From Mustelus asterias (Eukaryota), in NCBI RefSeq assembly GCF_964213995.1, contig NC_135814.1, positions 57,288,001-57,352,000 on the forward strand: a DNA stretch of 64,000 nt. Reading direction: 5' to 3'. The stretch's first letter is position 1. Every line of letters begins with the position of its first letter. Shown here one piece after another: positions 13,321-26,407 of the stretch. Position numbers and translations under genes: made by a program. The notes beneath the pieces are model-generated. The model was given only the letters and a program-made list of their open reading frames with translations. It had not been told where the DNA came from and did no database searches.

Positions 13321-13602
13321 GGTTAGCACTGCTGCCTCACAGCACCAGGGACTCTGGTTCGATTCCCGGCCTGGGTCACTGTCAGTGCGGAGTCTGCACA
13401 TTCTCCCCATGTCTGCGTGGGTTTCCTCGGGTTGCTCCAGTTTCCTCCCACAGTCCGAAAGATGTGCTGGTTAGGTGCTAAGTTCTCCCTCAGTGTGCCA
13501 GAACAGGTGCCGGAGTGTGGCGCCTAGGGGATTTTTACAGTAACTTCATTTCAGTGTTAATGTAAGCCTACTTGTGTCACTAAAATAAACTTTAGAAACT
13601 TT
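13321..13602 (+). mobile_element. HE1/V-SINE with a non-CR1 3' tail
   Basis: tRNA-derived head GGTTAGCACTGCTGCCTCACAG..GGTTCGATTCCC. V-domain TCTGCGTGGGTTTCCTC..TTTCCTCCCACAGTCC. Confidence 0.85.
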
Positions 13603-14361
13603 AACCTACCATGCTTTTGCTGGTTTTTGTGAAGGAGTTATTCAATTAGTTTCATTCACCTGTTCTTTTTCCATTGCTCTGCAATGTTTTTCTTATTCAA
13701 ATATATATCTAATTCCCTTTAGAAGTTACTATTGGATCTCGCTGCCCTTTCAGGCAGCGCATTCTACATCACGACAACTTGCTACATTAGAAATGTCTCC
13801 TTATTTCCCTTCGATTTATTTTACCAATTGCCTTAAATCGGAGTCTTCTGCTTACTGATCAGCCAGTGGGTGGAAATCAGTTCACCTTGTGTCTGTGTCA
13901 GCTGTGGCTCAGTTAGCAATACACTTGGTTCTAAGTTGGAAGGCTGTGGATTCATGTCATAGTCCAGAGCATTGAAAACCAAATCTAGTCTGACACTCCA
14001 ATGACAGCACTGATGAAGTGCAGTGCTGTTAGCTTTCATGCCAGTTGTTGAACTGGGGTTCCACCTGTCCTTTTGGGTAGACGCGTGGTACAATTTCAAA
14101 GAAGAGCTGGGGCATTCTCCTGGGTGTCCTGGGTAATGTTCCCTGTAAACTGCATGGCCACACAGCAATCTCAAAATCCCCATACAGGCTGTGCATAAAG
14201 CTGGCCACTTTATGGTACTGTGTGACTGTACAAAAAAAACTTAAATAAATTGCCTCTGCACTCCAAAAACTTAGAAGAACATTGGCCCTGGCAAATATTT
14301 ATATCGTAAGAAGTCTAACAACACCAGGTTAAAGTCCAACAGGTTTATTTGGTAGCAAAAG

Positions 14362-14400
14362 CCACTAGCTTTCGGAACAGGCTGTTCCTTCGTCAGGTGG
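14362..14400 (-). ncRNA. Minimal hammerhead ribozyme motif
   Basis: Reverse complement CCACCTGACGA-AGGAACAGCCTGTTCC-GAAAGCTAGTGG has an intact core. Confidence 0.75.
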
Positions 14401-15454
14401 GTGGGAGTTCTGATCACAAACAGGGCACAAAGACACAAACTCAATTTACATGAATAATGATTGGAATGTGAGTCTTTACAGCTAATCAAGTCTTAAAGGT
14501 GCAGACAATGTGAGTGGAGGGAGCATTAAGCACAGGTTGAAGAGATGTGTATTGTCTCCAGACAGGACAGCTAGTGAGATTTTGCACATCCAAGCAAGTT
14601 GTGGGGGTTACAGATAGTGTGACATGAACCCAATATCCCGGTTGGAGAAGCTATGACATCTCCTCCCGAGCCTTCAACATGTCATTGATGAAGATGAACA
14701 TCTTGCCAAGGCCATCCCCACACCCCCACTTCTTGCCTTCAAACAATCGCACAACCTCAAACAGACAATTGTCCGCAGCAAACTACCCAGCCTTCAGGAG
14801 AACAGTGACCACGGCACCACACAATCCTGCCACAGCAATCTCTGCAAGACGTGCTGGATCATCGACACAGATGCCATCATCTCACGCGAGAATACCATCC
14901 ACCAGGTACACGGTACATACTCTTGCAACTCTGCCAACGTTGTCTATCTGATACGCTGCAGGAAAGGATGTCCTGAGTCATGGTACATTGGAGAGACCAT
15001 GCAGACACTACGACAATGGATGAATGAACACCGCTCGACAATCACCAGGCAAGACTGTTCTCTTCCTGTTGGGGAGCACTTCAGCGGTCACGGGTATTCA
15101 GCCTCTGATCTCCGGGTAAGCGTTCTCCAAGGCGGCCTTCATGACACACAACAGCGCAGAGTCACTGAGCAGAGACTGATAGCCAAGTTCTGCACACATG
15201 AGGACGGCCTCAACCGGGATATTGGGTTCATGTCACACTATGTGTAATCCCCACAGCTTGCCTGGATGTGCAAACTCTCACTAGCTGTCCTGTCTGGAGA
15301 CAATACACATCTCTTTAACCTGTGTTTAATGCTCCCTCCACTCACATTGTCTGTACCTTTAAGATTTGATTAGCTGTAAAGACTCACATTCCAATCATTA
15401 TTCATGTAAATTGAGTTTGTGTCTTTGTGCCCTGTTTGTGATCAGAACTCCCAC

Positions 15455-15493
15455 CCACCTGACGAAGGAACAGCCTGTTCCGAAAGCTAGTGG
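15455..15493 (+). ncRNA. Minimal hammerhead ribozyme motif
   Basis: CTGACGA, stem II GGAACA/TGTTCC, GAAA, CUA cleavage triplet, stem I CCAC/GTGG. Confidence 0.78.
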
Positions 15494-16610
15494 CTTTTGC
15501 TACCAAATAAACCTGTTGGACTTTAACCTGGTGTTGTTAGACTTCTTACTGTGTTTATCCTAGTCCAACGCCGGCATCTCCACATCATAATATTTATATG
15601 CCAGCCATTCATTTCATTACTCTTTGTGGGACTGAACTGTACGCAAATGATTTGCTGTGTTTACTACATTACAATGGTGACTATAGTTCAAAAGTACTTC
15701 ATTGGCTGTAAAGTGGTTTGTTATTTCATAAAAAATGCTGATCTAAATGCAAGTCTTTCCTCACTCTATCAAAAACCTGAGGATCTGTATTAAATTACTT
15801 ACATTTCTTGGCATTAGGAGAAACAATCTCAGCTTCCCAAGTCTCACCCTTTTTGTGATAAAATTTGATTACTTGTCACATAAAGGATCTTGGATGGAAT
15901 ATTTACCTATGATTAACAACTTTGTCTCTTGCAGGATATCATATGTCAGTAATGGATGCATGAAAAATACCATCTTGTTGTCTTTAAGTTAAGAAAAACT
16001 AGAATTGTCAAAAGACATTGTTAAAAATTCCAAATGAGCAACTTTTCAATTCTGCATTTAAGAGTGCTTAAATCAGTCATCTGAGAATTCAAGATGTGGA
16101 CTATTTCCCAGAAGAATGATAGGAGAACATAATAGTGTTGATTGTAACATTATTCTTACAAAACCATGTGAAACTACAGTGAATTTTAGATCACAATTAC
16201 AAATTTAAATACAATTTTATTAATGAAGTATGAATTTACCACCCATTTCCCTATGACCTACAGAAACATCATTATACTAAATAATAAACCATAACAGTTT
16301 GACAATATGCTGAGATATTCACTTGATGTTATTAAAGTTTCATTTATTACCAAACATACTAATACCTTTCCTAACTTGTAGATGTCCAAAATACAACTTA
16401 CAAAATTAAAAGGGTAAATTTCTTCCTGCAAAATATTCAGCTATGCCTTGATATTCTCTAACGTACAGCGGTGTAGGCCCGTCCTACAAGCAGTTCAAAT
16501 ATCCTCTGTTTAGGAGATTACGCCCATATTGTCCAATACTTAATTACATGATGGATTTGGCAACAATGTAACAGCCAGGTTCCTTGTGATATGAACTGGA
16601 TGTCAGTCTT

Positions 16611-16648
16611 TCATACATTTGTGCTTCTCCAGTCTTTTTGAAGGCAAA
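16611..16648 (-). CDS. Candidate terminal coding exon of an unidentified host gene
   Basis: Acceptor TTGTTTCCCAG. If joined in phase 1 to 17262-17403 it reads VCLQKDWRSTNV*. AATAAA lies downstream near 16220. No homology recognised. Confidence 0.2.
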
Positions 16649-16834
16649 CTGGGAAACAATTGGTGAGGGAAGACCAGATATTAATTATTAAGCTGCTTTA
16701 TTTCACCAACACTGTGAACATAGAGAGTAGCACTCAAAACAAGTATTCAGTAGCTGCATGTATCTCTTTGAATGGCTAAACACAATGGCTCCCAAGAAAT
16801 GGTTCTCTGAAGAAATCATGCAGACTCAAAACAT

Positions 16835-16940
16835 TAACTGTGTTTCTCTCTCCACATATGCTGCCAGACCTGCTGAGTTCTTCCAGCATTTTCTAATTTT
16901 ATTTCAGATTTCTTGCTTCCATGGTATTTTGCTTTTATTG
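16835..16940 (+). mobile_element. pLTR tail fragment of the second PLE family
   Basis: GACCTGCTGAG..TTCCAGCATTTTCT..TTTCAGATT matches 56855-56925. Another copy lies at ~42980-43075. Confidence 0.65.
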
Positions 16941-17261
16941 TATAAGCAGTTAGATTTATTATAAAGCAATCCAAGCATAATAATGTACACATGCCCTCAT
17001 GCATGCACGCACACATACACACTTACAGAGTAGGGAAGGATAGAATATCCAAATTAGTGTCCATAAACAAAGTAAAGGACGATACAGTCTGACTGGCCTG
17101 GCTTCAGGTTGAATTCAATAGTCTCATTGCTTCCGATGTAGATGAATGATTTTGTTGCTCTTTTGGAGATGGTAGTGCTGGGTTGGATTCTCATAAGAAA
17201 TCTCTGTCTGCAACAGGGTGTCCTGGATAATCACAGTCAGCAAGCAGGACTCGAAGCTTAC

Positions 17262-17403
17262 CAGATGAATTGGAGATAAAAGGAGGCAGGAGGGACCCTA
17301 CTTTGGTCTTCTCTCTAAGCTGTATGTCCTCCGTTCTGCTGAGAGAACCTGAGTTTAAAATGACAAATGGTTGATTTGTCGTGAACCCTTCCCTCTCCAA
17401 CTG
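17262..17403 (-). CDS. Candidate internal exon of an unidentified host gene
   Basis: Acceptor TCTTTCTAG and donor G|GTAAGC. One open frame, QLEREGFTTNQPFVILNSG...PPFISNSS. Non-repetitive DNA. Confidence 0.25.
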
Positions 17404-17854
17404 CTAGAAAGATTTCAAAATAACCATGTTCAACCATTCCAAAGGTGACTTGATTCGTTCATGTCTGGAAGTTAACTTAACTTGGCTCTCATTTTTCAGT
17501 GAGATGAATGGCATAAAAGGGCAGGCTCTCATTAGTTTAATAATTTTTACTTGACTGTTGTCTGGAGGAACTTCAGAAGCACACCAAATGGGGAAGTGTA
17601 GGATCACTGGCAGCAACTTTTACATTTCAGTGTTTAATTGTACGTCTGCACACTAGAGAAGTTGCTGTCAGTTTCAGAGGAATAATGTTGGCAAACACTG
17701 ACAGATTTGCCATCGTTACTGTTGTATGTCGGTTAGTCTAGCTTCAGAATGATTACTGAGATGTTAATCTGTTCAAACAACAACTGGTTTAGTTCATACA
17801 ACAGAACAATGTGCAGTTATCCACGGCTCGGTGTTACACTGCTGAAGACATGAT

Positions 17855-19375
17855 TTTTTAAATTAATTCAAGGGATGTGGGCTTTGCTGGTTAGCCCAGC
17901 ATTTATTGCCTGTCCCTTGTTGTCCTTGAGATGGTGGTGCTGAGCTGCCTTCTTCAACTACTGCAACCATGATGTAGGTACACACACAGTGCTGTTAGAG
18001 AGGGAGTTCCAGGATCTTGAAGGAACGACAATATATTTCTAAGTCAGTACGGTGAGTGGCTTGGAGGGGAGCTTCCAGATAGTGGTGACCTTGTTCTTCT
18101 AGATGGCAATGGTTATTGGTTTAGAAGATGCTGCCTAAGGAGCCTTGGTAAGTTATTGCAGTGCATCTTGTAGATGGTACACAGTACTGCTATTGTTCAT
18201 TGGTGGTGGAGGGATTGAATGTTTGTGGATGGGGTGCCAAGCGGGCTGCTTTGTCTTGGATGGTGTCAAGCTTCCTGAGTGTTAACTGGAGCTGAACTCA
18301 CCCAGGCAAGGGGAAAGTATTCCATCACTCCTGGCTTGTGCCTTGTAGATGGTGGGCAGGCCTTGGGAGTCAGGAGGTGATTTATTCACCACAGGATTCC
18401 TAGCTACTGACATGCTCTTGTAGTACAGCATTTATGTAACTAACCCAGTTCAATGTTTGGTCAATGGCAACCCTCAGGATGCTAATAGTGGGGGATTCAA
18501 TAACAGTAATCTCATTTAGTTTGAAGGGGAGATGGTCAGATTCTCTCTTGTTGGAGATGGTTATTGCTTGGTACTTGTGTGGTGTGAATGTTACTTGTCA
18601 CTTGTCAGCACAAGCCTGGGTATTGTCTAGGTCTTGCTGTATTTAGACATGGACTGCTTCAGTATCTGAGGAGTCGTGCAAAATGAACATTATGCGATCA
18701 TCAGCGGACATCCTTATTTCTGACTTTATGATGGAAGGAAAGTGATTGGTGAAACAGCTGTAGATGGTTGAGCCTAGGACACTACCCTGAGGAATTTGTG
18801 CAGTTATGTCCTGGAGCTGAGATGATTGACCTCTGTGGTGAACCATTGTTGGTTCCCACTAGGTAGTGCTGAGCCATGGTCTGGCCAGTACTATGAGTCT
18901 GTATATATGTTACTGTTGGGGTTAGGGTTGGGCTGTTCTACCTGTTAATATAGTTGTTATGGTACACCCCAGTCGGCTCCGCCTCCTGGGAGAGGTATAA
19001 AGGTCACTGCTCTGCCTGGTGACCCTTTAGTTTGGGATCGTGTACTGTATATGGTAGCTCTGTTATTGTTGGCAATAAAAGCCTTTATTTCCCGAGTACA
19101 TCACGCCTCTCGTGTGTTATATCGCGCATCAACCTCCAACAACCACAACCCTTTATGCTCGGTATAACTCCAAGCAGTGGAGAGTTTTCCTCCAATTTCC
19201 ATTGACTCCAGTTTCGTTAGGGCACATTGATGCCACACTTGGTCAAATGTGGCCTTGATGTCAAAGGCAGTTACTCTCACCTCACATCTGGAGTTCAGCT
19301 CTTTTCTCCATGTTTGAACCAAGGCTGTATTGAGATCAGGAACTGAGTGATCCTGGTGGAAAGCAAACATTCGCC
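17855..19375 (-). mobile_element. Old CR1-clade LINE RT and 3' end
   Basis: ORF pieces FDIKATFDQVWH and IPQGSVLG..SADD. 3' end AATAAATGCTGGG..GCCCACATCCC. Confidence 0.85.
18834..19131 (+). mobile_element. Solo LTR
   Basis: TG...CA ends with 5-bp TSD ACCTC (18829-18833, 19132-19136). Contains TATAAA and AATAAA. Confidence 0.9.
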
Positions 19376-19391
19376 CCACTCCTCCTAGTCA

Positions 19392-19592
19392 TGCAGCATG
19401 GTGGCACAACAGTTAGCACTGCTGCCTCACAGTGCCAGGGACCCAGATTCAATTCCTGGCTTGGGTCACTGTCTGTGCGGTGTCTGCACATTCTCCCATG
19501 CCTGTGTGGGTTTCTCCCGGGTGCTCCGGTTTCCTCCCACAGTTCAAAAGATGCATTGGCTATGCTAAATTCTCCCTCAGTGTACCTGAACA
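19392..19592 (+). mobile_element. HE1/V-SINE, 3'-truncated
   Basis: GCAGCATGGTGGCAC..GTTAGCACTGCTGCCTCACAG head and V-domain. Confidence 0.8.
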
Positions 19593-20214
19593 GCCGTGAT
19601 ATTTTTCCCTTTTTTTGTTGTGCCACCTTGCAGTGTAATGGTGCCAAACTTGGGCCTGGGTTGCAGGGTTCTCTGTAACCCGTTTTGCTAGCGACCTACT
19701 TCTCCCAGTGCTGCCTGCCCAGTTCACTGCTCACATTGACGTTTACCCTTTTTAAAGGCTGCTCACCAGTTCCACTATCATTGTTTGGTTCCAAATTCTC
19801 CTGTCTCTGCGTTTCTGAGCAGGGAATAAAAATCTGAGTCTGAAACTTAACTCAATTTCAAAATTCTTTCCATGATGGGAGAAGATTATTTTAAGAAAGT
19901 CCTGAGATGTGACACTCCTTTATCTGTCATAGATTTAGAGACGTCTTGTTATGTTGCTGACATACTCCTTTGCAAAGCTTTTTTGTACGTGGGTGGTGAA
20001 ATTGAGTGAGATTACACCAGCATTTAATTCCTCTTGATCCTAACATATGTAACATGGTCCATTTCTATTTTTGGTTAAAGTTTAACTGAAGTAGGCCCGA
20101 TATGTGCATTATAGCCTATCTGTTTTTAATAAGTTATGTTAACTTTAAGTAACATCTATTGTTCTGCCCAGCACTGAGCAGTCATCCGAACATCCATTCA
20201 AAAGGCTGCTGACA

Positions 20215-21630
20215 GGAGCACCACAATGGTTATGTTACTCATTTGTTCAAATCTCATCATGGTAGTTTGAGAATCTGAATTTAGCCTGAAAATAAAAGCT
20301 GATTTGAGTAAAAGTGATCAGGAAGTTTTTGTTTTAATTCATTCATGAGACAGGGTGTCACTGACTGGTCAGCATTTATTGCCCATTCCTAGTTGCCCAA
20401 GAATCAGTAGATTCTTAATTCCAGATCTTTTAAAATTGAATTCAAATTCCACCAACTGCCATGGTGTGTTTTGAATCCGGGTCCCCAGAACATTGGCTGA
20501 GTTTCTGGATTAGTAGTCTAGCAATAATACCCGCTAGGCCATCGCCTCCCCTAAGTTCTTAGATGTTGTTAAAACACAACAGGTTCGTGAACAGGTCCAT
20601 GGGAAACAAAAGAATGACTTGCATTTCATTAGCGTTTTTCATGACCACTGGACATCTCAAAGCACTTTATAGCTAATTAAGTACTTTGTTGTTGTCTTAT
20701 AAAGGGAAAGACTCTTAGTACTGTGGAGGATCAGAAGGACCTTGGGGTCCGGGTCCATAGGACTCTAAAATCGGCCCCACAGGTGGAGGAGGTGGTTAAG
20801 AAGGCATATGGTGTGCTGGCCTTTATCAATCAAGGGATTGAGTTTAGGAATCCGGGGATAATGATGCACCTATATAAGACCCTCGTCAGACCCCACTTGG
20901 AGTACTGTGCTCAGTTCTGGCCGCCTCATTACAGGAAGGATGTGGAAAAGATTGAAAGGGTGCAGAGGCGATTTACAAGGATGTTGCCTGGATTGAGTGG
21001 CATGCCTTATGAGGATAGGCAGAGGGAGCTCGGTCTTTTCTCCTCGGAGAGGCGTAGGATGAGAGGAGACCTAATAGAGGTATACAAGATGTTGAGAGGC
21101 ATAGATCGGGTGGACTCTGAGGCTTTTCCCCAGGGTGGAAATGGCTGCTATGAGAGCACACAGGTTTAAGGTGCTGGGGTGTAGGTACAGGGGAAATGTT
21201 AGGAGGAAGTTTTTCACACAGAGGGTGGTGGGCGAGTGGAATCGGCTGCCGTCAGTAGTGGTGGAGGCAAACTCAGTAGGGTCTTTTAAGAGTCTCCTGG
21301 ATGAGTACATGGGACTTAATAGGATGGAGGGTTATAGGTAGGCCTAAAAGGTAGGGATATGTTCGGCACAACTTGTGGGGCCAAAGGGCCTGTTTTGTGC
21401 TGTAGTTTTCTATGTTTCTATGTTATCTGATCCGGCCTATATGTGATTCTAGTTCCACACTGGCAGAGTGAATATTTAACTGTCCTCTGAAGTAGCTGTG
21501 TAAGTCATTTAGTTGTATCAAACCGCATTTACTGACTGGAGCAGTAGAAGAAGGCAGCGCCCCACCAATTTCTCAGAGTAACATGGACAATAAAATCCAA
21601 CCTTGTCAGTGATGCTTACATGCTGAAAAT
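20215..21630. mobile_element. Nested cluster of tRNA-SINE fragments (plus-strand SINE split by a minus-strand copy at 20335-20550, a Deu-SINE tail and a CR1)
   Basis: GTTCAAATC B-box-like head. Minus-strand GGGGAGGCGATGGCCTAG head at 20550. CR1-like tail at 21545-21625. Confidence 0.55.
20700..21423 (+). mobile_element. CR1 LINE 3' fragment
   Basis: ORF 20723-21169 (DLGV..LYKTLVRPHLEYC..RGDLIEVYK) and TTCTATG tail. Confidence 0.93.
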
Positions 21631-24600
21631 TAATTGAAAAATATTTTTGCAGATGTGAATAACATCCTTTCTGTAGTTAGGAGGAGGAAGTTTTGAATTC
21701 TTAAATCCTTATTCCAATATAGACACAAGTAAATAACATGTCAAGGGTAATTAATGTGAAGACCATGCTTTGATTGTTAGTTCTTTGAAGGAATGTGAAA
21801 CCAAAACAGCAGGCTATAAATAAATGTGTAGACCATTTAATATTATGCAGCCCATAAATACATGGCCAGCATTTTATGTTTGGAGGTTGGGTGCGCACTG
21901 AACCTGACTGAATATAAAATAATGTCAAATTACATTGGATGTTCTTTCCAACATCATCATGCACGTGCACAATTTTGCGGTTAGCAGGAGTGTGCGCACG
22001 AGTTAGATGTGCTCCCTCCAACAATTAAAGGGCCAATTAAAGCCATTGACAAGCCAATAGACCCAACTTTATGCTTCCCATGCAATTTTTGGCTCAATCT
22101 CATCTTCCCTGGAATGTTTCCTGAAGGATTGCAGCATAGTGCTCTCTGATTGGCAAGGCACTGGTCCTCTGCATCTGATCTAATGGGGATAGTATATTCC
22201 TCTAATGGAACCTCCTCTGAGGGGCAGGAGCAGGAAGAGGCCAGGTGAGCATGGCCAGCATCCCAGGGAGAAACACGGGCTCAACTGAGGCAGGGCCAGC
22301 AAGGTGGGGGGTCCAGAAAGACGTTATTACCCAGTGGCTAGAGTATACAGATAGCCCTCCAGCTGTCCTGTTGTCGTATTTATATATTTATACTGATTGC
22401 TTACCAGCAACATTGACACTGAACAGGGCACTTAAGATAATACACCAGAAATGACATGATTGATCATTTGTGTGGGTAACTGTAACAGATTTGCAGCCTG
22501 TACCAAACACATCTCCTTATTAAAGCACCTTAGTTTGCTGAACCACAGAGGCCTCCTAGTCTTAATCCTGCAAACACCACGCACAAAAACGGGCAACAAG
22601 GATGTCGAAAAGTGCTTCCAATCAATGGGGAGGAAAGAAAAATTGTTGAAAAATTCAAAGAAAGGAACTTTGAGAGAAATTCTCCACATGCTCTGGCCAG
22701 AATGAACTCAGTCGCCATGACTAACAATTACTTTGCAGCAGCAAATCTAGAGCTGGGGCTGTTTAAAACAAGAAAAACAGGCTGAAGCTCAGGTTGTGTC
22801 TTGTTTCAAGAGAAGAAAAGCAAAGTAGTGCTAGAAATTCGTCGCACTTTGTACACACACAGGTCCTTCCATAGAGAGAAAATGGGGAGAGGTTCTGGTG
22901 CTGTGGGATTGTTTGATGTGAATCCAGAGCAATGGAGCTCACATATGGAATGGTCTGACCATTTTGAACAAGCTAAAAGATAACAGAGAATATAAAAGTT
23001 CCCATATGTCTGAGCGTAATGGGGGAGGAAAGATTTAACCTCCTCAGGAGTCTGGTGTAGCCAGCAAAGCCAGGTACAAAGGTATATGAAGAAATAGTGG
23101 AAGTTTTGCATTGCCACTGTACACCAAAAGCTTTAGTCATTGCAGAAAGGTTTAGATTTCATAAATGCAATCAAGAGGGGGAATCGATTGCATAATTTGT
23201 GGCTACACTGAAAAGACTGGCAGAGCACTGCGAGCTCGGGGATGTATTAAACGATACAATCTGGGATAGACTGGTCTATGGTTTGAGGAGCAAAGCAATT
23301 TAAAAGCAGTTGTTAACCAAAGGCAACCTGACTTTAAAGAAAGCCATGGAAGTTGCTGTATCAATGGAGCTAGCAGCCAAAGAAGCTCAGCAGTTGAGTT
23401 CAAACAGAAGGATTCACAAGATGTTGGCAAAATTCAAATGCAAACATAGACTCATATTTGCCATAGATGTGTGAAGACCAGACACTCAGCAGCAGATTGT
23501 TGGTGTAAAGATATCATGTGCAGAAACTGTGGAAGAAAGGGTCACATTGAGCGTATATGTTGGAAAAAGAAGCAGCTTCAGGCAGAAGTAGCAAAAAGCA
23601 AGAGCCAAATAAAGCAACAGAACAAAGGAAAAAGTGTCCATGTAGCACAAGGACAAGAAGAGAGACTTGATGCACAGCCTGAGGACAAATTGTCATTGAA
23701 TGTGTTAGCCATTGCTGGTGTTAAAAATAGATACTGGGTCACTCCACTGCTGGATGGACAGCCAGTAAAATGGAGGTGGAAACTGGGGCAGCAGTCTTCT
23801 GGTACCAGAGACTGTCTACAAAGAAACTCTCTGATATATCCCTCTGAAACCCTTGAAAATAGTGTTAAAAATTTACACTAGAGAAATGGTTCCATTGAAG
23901 GATCATTGACATAGCAGTACAATTAAATGGACAGACAGCAGATTTGTCCTTACACATAGTCAAAGGAAATTATCTGGCACTAATGGGTAGAACTGGGTTG
24001 AAAAAGATTTGACTCAATTGGGCCAAAGTAAACCTAATGACTGATTCAGAATAAGGCCTCACCAAAATCCTGAAGAAATACACTGTTTATTCAATGGTGA
24101 ACAGGGTTTTATGAAGGAAATCTCAGTGAAGTTGAAGATCAAAGGGAGGCAGGCAAAATGCTTAAAGGCAAGGTTGGTACCCTCTGCAATCAGACCAAAA
24201 GTAGAGGTGGATTTAGAATGACTGGTGAAGATGGAGTTCTAGAACCTCTCAATGATAGTGAATGGGCTAACCGAGCGGACCAGTAAAGAAAAAAGATGGA
24301 TTCATATGTATTTGTGGTGATTTCAAAATAACTATTAATCCTGTATTTTGTGCGGAACAATACTCTCCATGCCTGGTTGATGACCAGTTTGCAGGGTTGG
24401 CTGGAGACCCAACACTTTAGTAAGATCAACCTCAGTCAAGCAAATGAATCTAGATTAGTGTTCCCAACAGTTCCTGATGATTGTGACACAGTAGATTACC
24501 ATTTGGCATCATTTCAGCTCTGCCCATGATTCCAAGGAGCAATGGACCAAATTGTAAATGGATTAAGTAGAGCCCAGTGTCGCCTGGATGACATTCTAGT

Positions 24601-24667
24601 TACTGGTGAAGATGAGGAAGAACAACTTTGCAACCTGGATGCCACACTACAAAGACTGGAGGATTAT

Positions 24668-24859
24668 TGGTTGGGGTGTGGAACGGACTGCCTGCAGTGA
24701 TAGTGGAGTCAGACACTTTAGGAACATTTAAGCGGTTATTGGATAGGCACATGGAGCACACCAGGATGATAGGGAGTGGGATAGCTTGATCTTGGTTTCG
24801 GATAAAGCTCGGCACAACATCGTGGGCCGAAGGGCCTGTTCTGTGCTGTGCTGTTCTAT
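24668..24859 (+). mobile_element. Short CR1 3' end inserted in the Gypsy 3 RT
   Basis: TSD ATTAT. Removing it restores LEDYGLRFRKDKC. Confidence 0.85.
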
Positions 24860-26407
24860 ATTATGGATTAAGATTCCGAAAGGACAAATGTTATTTTTTG
24901 TTCCATCTTCAGTCAAATACTTGGGACATGTAATCAACGCTAAGGAACTTCACAAGTCTCCTTCCAAGGTCAAAACTATTGATGAGGCACCTGCACTTCA
25001 GAATGTTAACCAATTTTGAACCTTCTTAGGCTTTACTGAATTACTACACAAGGTTTGTCCCCAATTTGGTGACCATTTTGAAATCCTTGCATAATCTACT
25101 GTGTCAAAATAAAAAGTGACAGTGGATCAACGTGAAAAAGTGTTCATGCAAGCCAAGGAGGCACTGCTCAAGTCAGAAGAACTGACACATTTTGATCTAA
25201 ACCTGCTCTTACAGTTAGTGTGTGACACATCACCCTATGGTGTTGGGGTGGTGATATCCCACATCATACTTTCAGGTGAAGATAAACCAGAACATTGAGT
25301 AAAGCCAAAAGCGATTATGCGCGAATCGAGAAAGAAGCCTTGGGATAAAAAGGTTCTATCAATTCCTGTACAGGAGAAAATTCACATCATTGATGGACCA
25401 TCATCCATTAAAAACAATTTTTGGACTGCATGCAAGGATTCTATCAAAGGCAGCGAGCCGAAGGCAGAGATGGACATTGCTGTTCTCAGCACACACACAC
25501 ATTCAAGAGTAAACAGGAGAACCTTCGTGATAATGCAGATATTCTTTTCCGACTACCCTTTCCAAATAGTTTGTCAACAAGTAGTTTGAGTGGAAGTATC
25601 TTTGACTTTAAACAGGTAGACAACACTCCTGTCACCTCAGGACAAGTGAAGAGGGACACCCGAAGTGATCCAATACTCTCCGAGGTAATGGACATGGTCC
25701 TTCAATTAAGACCTCAGGAATAAACCCTGAATTGAAGCCATACTCTACTCAAAGATTTGAGTTATCTGTACAGGCAGGATGTTTAACCAATTACATGGGG
25801 GTCATTGTGGAATTGTGAGAATGAAGGAGACAGCGAGTGGCTATTTCTGGTGGCCTGGATTAGACGTTGAAATAGAGGAGAAAGTGGGAATGTGTTCGTT
25901 TTGCATAAAAGTGCGAAATCTGCCACCGTTAGCACCGTTGCATCCGTGGGAATGGTCAGAAGAGGCTTGGCAATAGGTACATGTTGATTATTCAGGACTG
26001 TTTGAAGGATGCATGTCCCTAATTACTGTCGATGCTCATTCAAAATGGCCAGAAGTTGCCATCACGGAGTCGATCTCATCAGAGATGATTGAGAGATTGG
26101 GAGAAATCTTTAGCAGATTCAGTTTCCGTCAGCAATTGATGAGTGATAAAGGACCACAGTTCAATATCTCAAGAATTTGAAAACTTCTTGAAGGAAAACA
26201 GAATACAACATATGAGATGTGCACCGTCCCATCCTGCTAAGAACAGCTGAGCAGAACATAGTGTGCAAATGATGAAGCACACATTAAAAGCATTGAGGAA
26301 ACCAGGTTCACTGACCAAATGTTTGAGTCAATTCCTGCTCATGTACAAAAGTGCTGCTCACTCAATAACAAAAGCCTCTCCGGTGTTACTGATGATTGAA
26401 CAACAAG

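Larger units (their letters stand above)
14305..15587 (+). mobile_element. Neptune-type Penelope-like element: inverted pLTR + GIY-YIG + pLTR
   Basis: TSD AATATTTATAT. 14305-14643 is an inverted copy of the 3' end. Cys-rich linker CHSNLCKTC and NVVYLIRC..WYIGET endonuclease. Confidence 0.93.
13890..15760 (+). mobile_element. SacSINE1-like Deu-SINE split by a Penelope insertion
   Basis: Head GTGGCTCAGTTAG. Deu-like core GAAGAGCTGGGG..GTCCTGG. 3' part ACATTACA..TTCAAAAGTACTTCATTGGCTGTAAAG..AAATGCAAGTCTTT resumes after 15587. Confidence 0.7.

Noticed and set aside
13321-13380. tRNA genes at SINE heads
   Set aside because: A/B-box-like heads continue into V-domain SINE bodies and give no full cloverleaf.
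19966-20039. Minus-strand exon candidate (AG...GTATGT)
   Set aside because: Weak polypyrimidine tract and no recognisable peptide.
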